Assembly: GCA_014360945.1 (NCBI GenBank)
Contig: JACIWM010000001.1
Coordinates: forward strand, 1 to 38,285
DNA from: Candidatus Bipolaricaulota bacterium
GTDB taxonomy: Bacteria > Bipolaricaulota > Bipolaricaulia > Bipolaricaulales > Bipolaricaulaceae
DNA: 38,285 nt
Direction of reading: 5' to 3'
Positions 33,018 to 38,285 of the stretch are shown here, in pieces. The stretch's first letter is position 1, and each line of letters opens with the position of its first letter. Position numbers and translations under genes: made by a program. The notes below the pieces were generated by a model that searched no databases, had not been told where the DNA came from, and saw nothing but the letters and a program-made list of their open reading frames with translations.

Positions 33018-33575
33018 TCATTCCGTACGGTAGACGATGCGGATGCCATCTACAGAGACAGGGCCGCCCACGCCCCAAAACCAAAGCCTGATAGCAATTA
33101 TCGGGGTATTAGGCAACGCCCGAATGACACCGACGGGAGCGAATTCTTTGATTCCTTCTGCAAGGTTGATCTCTACATCACCGGAGAGGTTATTGTCCCC
33201 AATGAGATAAGTACCCCAAGCCTCAACAGGCGTAAAGACATCGGGTTTAAGGCCGCGGAGATGAGCTTTGAGAGTCCACTTTTCTTTAGGTTGAACGTTT
33301 AAGAGAATAATGACCGGATTTTTAGAGACATCCAAGAGAAGCCAGGGACTTATTACACCTCCGCCCCAGGGCTCACCGAAGGTTACACCCACCACGGCCT
33401 TCCCGTCGATTAGGCTCACCGTTCCGGCGCCGAGGAACTCACCGCTTTCCGGGTCAAGATACGGCTGCCAAGCAGCGGCGATCATTTCAGGAGTAAATTC
33501 ATAGATGACTACATCAGCCCCCAACGCTAACACCGCTCCCACCGTCACCGCTACTGCTACCCACCACTTGGACAT
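33018..33575 (-). CDS. Small secreted or membrane-anchored protein of unknown function
   Basis: 185-aa ORF with an N-terminal hydrophobic anchor (MSKWWVAVAVTVGAVLALGA). GAGGAGGTG precedes the ATG. It is the first gene after the consensus promoter. Confidence 0.55.
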   Translation of the reverse strand: MSKWWVAVAVTVGAVLALGADVVIYEFTPEMIAAAWQPYLDPESGEFLGAGTVSLIDGKAVVGVTFGEPWGGGVISPWLLLDVSKNPVIILLNVQPKEKWTLKAHLRGLKPDVFTPVEAWGTYLIGDNNLSGDVEINLAEGIKEFAPVGVIRALPNTPIIAIRLWFWGVGGPVSVDGIRIVYRTE

Positions 33576-33648
33576 AATTCACCTCCTCAAAACAGTGTTG
33601 AACCACAAAGCCACTACAACTTTTACCCTTGTTTTTCACCTCCTTGCG

Positions 33649-33658
33649 CAACCGTTTG
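33649..33658. promoter_or_regulatory. Candidate LacI-family operator half-palindrome (CAAACGGTTG on the minus strand)
   Basis: The imperfect palindrome caaCCGtttg (8 of 10 positions symmetric) has the AAnCGnTT core typical of LacI/GalR operators. It lies 5-15 nt downstream of the -10 box. Confidence 0.3.
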
Positions 33659-33663
33659 TCCAC

Positions 33664-33691
33664 ATTATAGGCCAAAGGAAGAAGGTGTCAA
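33664..33691 (-). promoter_or_regulatory. Consensus sigma70-type promoter of the glycan-utilisation operon (TTGACA-N16-TATAAT)
   Basis: On the minus strand, a perfect TTGACA is at 33691..33686 and a perfect TATAAT at 33669..33664. It lies about 90 nt upstream of the ATG at 33575. Confidence 0.55.
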
Positions 33692-33725
33692 GAGGGGGCT
33701 CAGAGTGCGCCAATGAGCTACCGAC

Positions 33726-34724
33726 TTACGTGCCCTTGCAACCGCAAGATTCCCGAATGGTCAGAGGCGTGGAAAGAACGATAACTTGAGATGTCTCACT
33801 TGGTGAAGCAAGAAGTTTAATGATGCATGAGGCTGCGGTCTTTCCCATTTCTACACGAGGCACACGCACACTGGTAAGGGGCGGATGAACCAGGGTAGCC
33901 AAGGCCCCATCGTCAAACCCCACCACCGCTACATCATCGGGCACACTCAGGCCGGCCTTGGTCAGGGCCTTGATTGCTCCCGCAGCCATAAAATCGTTGG
34001 CAGCAAATATAGCCGTGGGAAGTTTTCGTTTACGGAGAAGCTTCTTCATTGCAATTTGGTCGGAATCGCTCCTCCTCCCACCCTCCACCACCAACTCTTT
34101 CTTCACTCTCAATCCGTACCACTCTAGCGCTTGGCGATAACCCTCAAAGCGGGCACGAAAGCTCGGATCCTCCAAAGTTTCCGCTACAAACGCGATCTCC
34201 CGATGTCCATGAGAAAAAAGATGTTCTGTGGCCAAATATGCTCCCCCTACGTTATCACTCACTATCGAGGTTAGTCCGGAAAGGCAATGGTCTACCAGCA
34301 CTACTGGAAGCTCCTCATTTATAGGTCGAATAAGCTCCTCATTGATATCCGTGCCCAGGAAGATCACACCATCCACGCGCCGCTCCTTGATGCATCGAGG
34401 CAGGGACTGATTGCGTAAGGTGGAAAAGACTACGTGATAACCATGCTTGCTTACCTCAGCTTCGATGGTCTCCAGGATAACCCCGTAAAATGACCTTTCG
34501 TCCAAAGGCAAATGCCGCTCATGGATCACCACTCCAATTGCGCATGTGGACCTTGTAGCAAGGCCCCGAGCAAGCATGTTGGGCTGGTAGCCCAGCTCCT
34601 CCGCCACTTTTCGAATCCGCTCTCGCGTGGTTGGACTGATTCTGCCCTTCCCGGAGAGAGCGCGGGACACAGTGGAGGGGGCTACTCCAACAATCCTAGC
34701 GATGTCATGGATCGTAACTCGCAT
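33726..34724 (-). CDS. LacI/GalR-family transcriptional regulator
   Basis: 332-aa ORF with the N-terminal HTH VTIHDIARIVGVAPSTVSRALSG, followed by a periplasmic-binding-protein-like sugar-binding core. Confidence 0.93.
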   Translation of the reverse strand: MRVTIHDIARIVGVAPSTVSRALSGKGRISPTTRERIRKVAEELGYQPNMLARGLATRSTCAIGVVIHERHLPLDERSFYGVILETIEAEVSKHGYHVVFSTLRNQSLPRCIKERRVDGVIFLGTDINEELIRPINEELPVVLVDHCLSGLTSIVSDNVGGAYLATEHLFSHGHREIAFVAETLEDPSFRARFEGYRQALEWYGLRVKKELVVEGGRRSDSDQIAMKKLLRKRKLPTAIFAANDFMAAGAIKALTKAGLSVPDDVAVVGFDDGALATLVHPPLTSVRVPRVEMGKTAASCIIKLLASPSETSQVIVLSTPLTIRESCGCKGT

Positions 34725-34732
34725 ATCTAAAA

Positions 34733-34761
34733 ATTCTAATCTCGATTGGAGTGGTAAGCAA
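34733..34761 (-). promoter_or_regulatory. Candidate promoter of the LacI gene (TTGCTT-N17-TAGAAT)
   Basis: On the minus strand, the -35 is at 34761..34756 and the -10 at 34738..34733. Only 8 nt separate the -10 from the ATG at 34724, and there is no SD. Confidence 0.3.
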
Positions 34762-34785
34762 AGGTCATCGTCAAAAGTTAGAAGC

Positions 34786-35475
34786 TTACCTAAAGATTAA
34801 AAGAGCTTCCTCAAGACCAGAAAGGTCGGGAATGGAAGCATCTGGAAAATGGAGTGAAGAGGGAGGGCGCTGATAGGAATAAGGGCCCAAAAGGACGCGC
34901 ACGGTCTTCATTCCCAAAAGCCGCGCCGGAAAAACGTCGTGATCCAAACGATCGCCCACCATCACTGCCTCCTCCGGTTCCACCCCGAGGCTATCCAGGA
35001 TAATGCGGAAAAAGAGAGGGCGGGGCTTGGCTACACCCATCCCTTCCGAAACCTCCCGCCATTGAAAATAACGAAGAAGACCAGCTTCTTCCAAAATTTC
35101 TAGGGCCGAAACCGGTTGGTTTCCGGCGAGGGCAAGGATATAGCGCTCGGCGAGTTTCGGTATCGCCTCTTTTGCCTCGCTTCGCACAAAAACCCCGGGA
35201 AGATCTTGCAAAAAGGTGCGTTGGCTTTCTCGAAAGGCCTCACGGATCCGACGAAACCAGGGTAGATCTGGGCGCACAAACTGCCAAAGCGCCGAAAGCC
35301 AAGGATTTTCCTCACAACGGGCTATTTCCTCATCAATTTTGGCCCAAAACGCCTCCTTCGTGACCCTGATTCCTTCGCGTTCCAACTCCAGCACGAGGAG
35401 TTCCGTCCAACGCCGATACTCGGCATCCTCGTTGAAAACAGGGCCGCCAAGATCAAGGAGAATCGCGCGGATCAT
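34786..35475 (-). CDS. HAD-superfamily hydrolase (motif I variant DLGG)
   Basis: 229-aa ORF with motif I AILLDLGGPV, an alpha-helical cap region, and motif IV MVGDRLDHDV. The ATG overlaps the upstream stop (ATGA). Confidence 0.8.
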   Translation of the reverse strand: MIRAILLDLGGPVFNEDAEYRRWTELLVLELEREGIRVTKEAFWAKIDEEIARCEENPWLSALWQFVRPDLPWFRRIREAFRESQRTFLQDLPGVFVRSEAKEAIPKLAERYILALAGNQPVSALEILEEAGLLRYFQWREVSEGMGVAKPRPLFFRIILDSLGVEPEEAVMVGDRLDHDVFPARLLGMKTVRVLLGPYSYQRPPSSLHFPDASIPDLSGLEEALLIFR

Positions 35476-36626
35476 TTGATCCCCATCTTCTTTGTCGCGA
35501 TTTTTTCGGGAAGCATGTAGCCGATGGATTCCTCAGCCGTCACCCCGCGGAGGGCCGCAAGAATACAAACTAAGGCATGCCCAATGGCTAAATGTGCTGT
35601 TTGAATGCGCGTGCTTGAAGGCCCTTCGGGCTTGGCATTGCTTTTGATAACAATATCCGCGTACTTCCCTAGCGGGGTGTCTTTGTTTTCGGTGATGGCC
35701 ACGGTCAAAGCGCCTTTCTCGCGGCAAAGCCGGGCCGCCTCATATACAAAGCCGGTTCCGCCGGAAGCAGATATTGCGACGAGAACGTCTTTGGGTTCCA
35801 CACAGGTGGCGATGAACCGGGCAAGACCCCCTTCCTCTTCCCCCGTTCCTTTGGCGAAGGACACAGGAAGGGCCTGGGCCATGTTGTTAGTGATGCAAAG
35901 GCAAGGGACCCCAGTCTCATAGCATTGACCGGCGATTTCCTCTGCCACCAAAGCCGAGGCTCCAGCGCCGGTGGTTACGATCTTTCCACCTTTTTTCAGC
36001 CGCTCATGAATGGCTTCGAGCGCTTTGAGAAACCCCTCCTTGGCCGTGGGGATGGAGGAGAGGATTCCTTCAGCTTCCAGGCGCAAAGCTTTTTCGAACA
36101 TTTCCGCGGGACCTGTGCAACCGGTGAAATCGTAGCCCACCATAAAAGGACGATTAACGTCGATCACTTGTCCTACCGTGTCGATTAAAACCCGGCCGTT
36201 CCACGAATGTTCCTCGAACTCCAAAGTTGTGCCGGGAAGATCCCCGATCTTCAAATTTTTACCGGTAAGTTTCGCAATAAGGCTCGTTTTCCCGGAGTTG
36301 AAGATCCCAAGGACCACGATGCGCGAGCCTTCTGGGAAGCGTTTTTCTATTCCGGCCACAACCGCAGGAACGTTTTCTCCGGTGAGAAGCGACATGACCG
36401 GAAATTTCATGCCGAGCTCGTCTTGAACGCGGCGCACTTCCTCCTGAGATACGAGGTCGAGCTTATTGCCCACCAAAAGAGCGGGGAGATTCGCGTTTTC
36501 CACGGCCTCAAGGAAAAGGCGCATCGTAGGAATTTGGGGATCATAGAGGTTCACAAGGATGACCGCCCCGGTGGCTCCACAGGTTTCAAATGGAGTAACC
36601 ATTTTCTTCGTGACCCTTTTGCTCAT
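35472..36626 (-). CDS. Circularly permuted GTPase domain fused to a SIS (phosphosugar-binding) domain
   Basis: 384-aa ORF. The motif order is G4 NKLD (aa 54-57), G1 GIFNSGKT (aa 106-113), G2 PGTT, G3 DTVG (aa 149-152). The C-terminal half has GKIVTTGAGAS, VLVAISASGGTG and GPSSTRIQTAHLAIGHAL, typical of SIS domains. Confidence 0.75.
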   Translation of the reverse strand: MSKRVTKKMVTPFETCGATGAVILVNLYDPQIPTMRLFLEAVENANLPALLVGNKLDLVSQEEVRRVQDELGMKFPVMSLLTGENVPAVVAGIEKRFPEGSRIVVLGIFNSGKTSLIAKLTGKNLKIGDLPGTTLEFEEHSWNGRVLIDTVGQVIDVNRPFMVGYDFTGCTGPAEMFEKALRLEAEGILSSIPTAKEGFLKALEAIHERLKKGGKIVTTGAGASALVAEEIAGQCYETGVPCLCITNNMAQALPVSFAKGTGEEEGGLARFIATCVEPKDVLVAISASGGTGFVYEAARLCREKGALTVAITENKDTPLGKYADIVIKSNAKPEGPSSTRIQTAHLAIGHALVCILAALRGVTAEESIGYMLPEKIATKKMGIK

Positions 36627-36709
36627 GCTAAACCCCCCTTTGGCAACATGGTCGGAATGTTAGGCGCACGGGCTTGCCATGACAAAGGAAAGACGTCCTT
36701 TAAGGCCGA

Positions 36710-37195
36710 TCACCCCAGCTTGTACCCGATGCGGCGGAGGAATTCCTTCCGCTCTGCTTGCTCCTTTTCGCCTTCCACTCCTTTGGTTTTTACCCCGTCG
36801 ATCACACCCAAAATTCCTCGCCCTTGCTCGGTTTCGGCCACGATGACCTCCACGGGATTGGCGGTGGCACAGAATATTCTGCAAACTTCCGGCACCATTT
36901 TTATTGCGTTTAGGACGTTGATGGGGTACATCCCGCGCATAAAAATGAGGAAGATATGGCCGCAACCAAGGTTGAGGGCGTTTTTCTTAGCAAGCTCGGT
37001 GAGCTCGGGATCGGTGCCGGACCACCGCACTAAAGCCGGCCCAGAAGACTCGCAGAAGGCCAGCCCAAATTTCGCCCCGGGAACGTTCGTCACCATGGCC
37101 TCATGCAGGTCCTCCACGGTTTTGATGAAATGGGCCTGCCCCAAAATCATGTTCACGTCATCCGGCTTTTCGATTTTCACCACCTTGATCTCCAT
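36710..37195 (-). CDS. COG1839/PF04008 ('adenosine-specific kinase') family protein
   Basis: 161-aa ORF. NMILGQAHFIKTVEDLHEA, PGAKFGLAFCESSGP.LVR, PINVLNAIK.VPEV and ATANPVEVIV match my recollection of this small, poorly characterised family. Not verified by search. Confidence 0.6.
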   Translation of the reverse strand: MEIKVVKIEKPDDVNMILGQAHFIKTVEDLHEAMVTNVPGAKFGLAFCESSGPALVRWSGTDPELTELAKKNALNLGCGHIFLIFMRGMYPINVLNAIKMVPEVCRIFCATANPVEVIVAETEQGRGILGVIDGVKTKGVEGEKEQAERKEFLRRIGYKLG

Positions 37196-37237
37196 TGCTT
37201 TCCTCCTTTCCTTTTGGCATTATAGAAGGCTTACCTT

Positions 37238-37266
37238 TTGCCATAAGAATCGGTGAATGGTAAACT
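37238..37266 (+). promoter_or_regulatory. Candidate promoter for the Wzz-like gene (TTGCCA-N17-TAAACT)
   Basis: Found in the 89-nt divergent spacer. The -35 is at 37238..37243 and the -10 at 37261..37266. AGGAGGGAGG precedes the ATG at 37285. Confidence 0.35.
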
Positions 37267-37284
37267 TTTTAGGAGGGAGGGCAA

Positions 37285-38285
37285 ATGGAAGAGTACGAAA
37301 TCAGTTTGGGCGATTACATCCGTGTTCTTTGGCAGGAAAAATGGGTAGTGATCTTTACGTTTATTGCAGCTGTGGCCCTTGCTTTAATCGTTTCTTTTAC
37401 CACCCCGCGGCAATATCAGGTACAGACCGCGCTTCTCATCCTTCCCCCGCTCTATCAAGATATCGGTGGCCAGCTGACTGGGACCGTGCTTTCCCCGGAA
37501 TCCTACAAGAGGCTAGCCCTGGCTGGTGACCTTTTGGAGCAAACGATTCGGCGCACCGGGCTAGACAAGAGTGGTTTTACACCTGAAATGGTGCAACGCC
37601 TTATGAAGGTAGAAGTGGAACAAACGACAGCTAAGGAATTCCCTGGCCAGTTCCCATTGCATTTGCGAGTAACTTTCACTGGTTCGGACAGGGAGAACCT
37701 AGTCCGGCTAGCGCAGGCGTGGTCACAAACGTTCGTAGAGCGTAACGCTGAACTGTTCATGACTCGCACAGCCCAATCCCTTGCATATGTGACCCAAAGT
37801 CTTGCTGAAGTTGAGGGCGAGCTCTATAAAAAGCAAGAGGAGCTTAAAGCTTACCTTCAGGACAATCCAGAAACGGTGGTTCAGGCGGAGGTGGATGCTC
37901 TCTATACCAAATACGCTGACTACCTAAAAAGCCTAGCCGATGCGGAAAAGCAATTGGCCGCCGCGGAAGCGCGCGTGAAGACACTTGAGGAAGCCTTGGC
38001 CAAGGAACCGGAGTACTTCGTGCTCACAAGGACTCCGTCTGATGAGGCCCTTTGGCAATTTTTAGGCAACCGTCCTGACGCCCATACTCTGGCTAGCTAC
38101 ACTGAAATCAAATTGACGGATCAGGTGTTAAATAGCACTTATGTCTCTTTGCGGTATGATTTGGCCCTCGCGCAAGCGGAGTTTGCCTCCCTTCAAGCTT
38201 CTGTGGCTTACTATCGGGAGGCGTTGGCGCGCATCAGTGAAGAGCTTGCCGCCAAACAGGCCAAACTTTTGGAAATAAAAACCAA
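37285..38285 (+). CDS. Polysaccharide chain-length determinant (Wzz/PCP family) protein, 3'-truncated by the window edge
   Basis: This frame is absent from the ORF track because it has no stop in the window; I read it by hand. The Wzz-type N-terminus is MEEYEISLGDYIRVLWQEKWVVIFTFIAAVALALIVSF (TM). It is followed by a long coiled-coil-like region (LAEVEGELYKKQEELKAY...AEKQLAAAEARVKTLEEAL). Strong SD. Confidence 0.8.
   Translation, partial: MEEYEISLGDYIRVLWQEKWVVIFTFIAAVALALIVSFTTPRQYQVQTALLILPPLYQDIGGQLTGTVLSPESYKRLALAGDLLEQTIRRTGLDKSGFTPEMVQRLMKVEVEQTTAKEFPGQFPLHLRVTFTGSDRENLVRLAQAWSQTFVERNAELFMTRTAQSLAYVTQSLAEVEGELYKKQEELKAYLQDNPETVVQAEVDALYTKYADYLKSLADAEKQLAAAEARVKTLEEALAKEPEYFVLTRTPSDEALWQFLGNRPDAHTLASYTEIKLTDQVLNSTYVSLRYDLALAQAEFASLQASVAYYREALARISEELAAKQAKLLEIKT

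Noticed and set aside
33580-33650. A duplicated GGAGGTGAA element in the 5' UTR of the glycan operon, considered as a possible upstream small ORF or an anti-SD structure.
   Set aside because: The first copy is not followed by a usable start codon with an open frame of meaningful length. No convincing pairing between the copies and the real SD was found.
36627-36709. Possible hairpins in the 83-nt spacer between the PF04008 gene and the GTPase-SIS gene (AAAGGA-N6-TCCTTT; TGGCAA...TTGCCA with an inner AACAT/ATGTT stem).
   Set aside because: The stems are short and A/T-rich or have very large loops. There is no T-tract and no recognisable riboswitch core. This is not enough to call a terminator or a regulatory RNA.
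37257-37529. A 90-aa plus-strand ORF, and the 88-aa minus-strand ORF at 37503..37769.
   Set aside because: Both overlap the much longer, SD-preceded Wzz-type frame that starts at 37285 and stays open to the window end. Their translations have no membrane or domain features.

Overview
GC-rich window, apparently from a thermophile (Glu/Arg/Lys/Val-rich proteins), with almost no non-coding DNA. The lineage cannot be named from this sequence alone.

**Minus strand, 10-19318.** One uninterrupted colinear array: cca, hpf, a PP-loop ATPase-like gene, an FmdB zinc-ribbon gene, rpoC, rpsL, rpsG, fusA, then the S10 and spc ribosomal-protein clusters (rpsJ to rpsE). Many neighbours have overlapping stop and start codons. 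Two genes expected here are missing: rpoB upstream of rpoC, and tuf between fusA and rpsJ.

**Plus strand, 19385-26204.** frr sits 4 nt ahead of an F1Fo ATP synthase operon (atpI-like, B, E, F, H, A, G, D). There is no atpC.

**26.2 kb to the end.** The sequence looks less G+C-rich. It carries:
- a LacI-controlled glycan-uptake locus on the minus strand: two uncharacterised secreted proteins, a CUT1 ABC binding protein and two permeases, a GH130 enzyme and a Gfo/Idh/MocA oxidoreductase;
- a three-gene operon: a COG1839/PF04008 protein, a circularly permuted GTPase fused to a SIS domain, and an atypical HAD hydrolase;
- the 5' part of a Wzz-type chain-length-determinant gene.

No rRNA, tRNA, CRISPR array or mobile element was seen.

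**Most interesting observations:**
- the GTPase-SIS fusion operon;
- an EF-G whose domain IV tip loops are non-canonical;
- a PP-loop gene whose conserved N-terminus lies upstream of any canonical start codon;
- a two-carboxylate Na+-type c-subunit motif;
- a hydrophobic insertion in ATP synthase subunit a.

All family assignments come from reading the translations. No database search was run.
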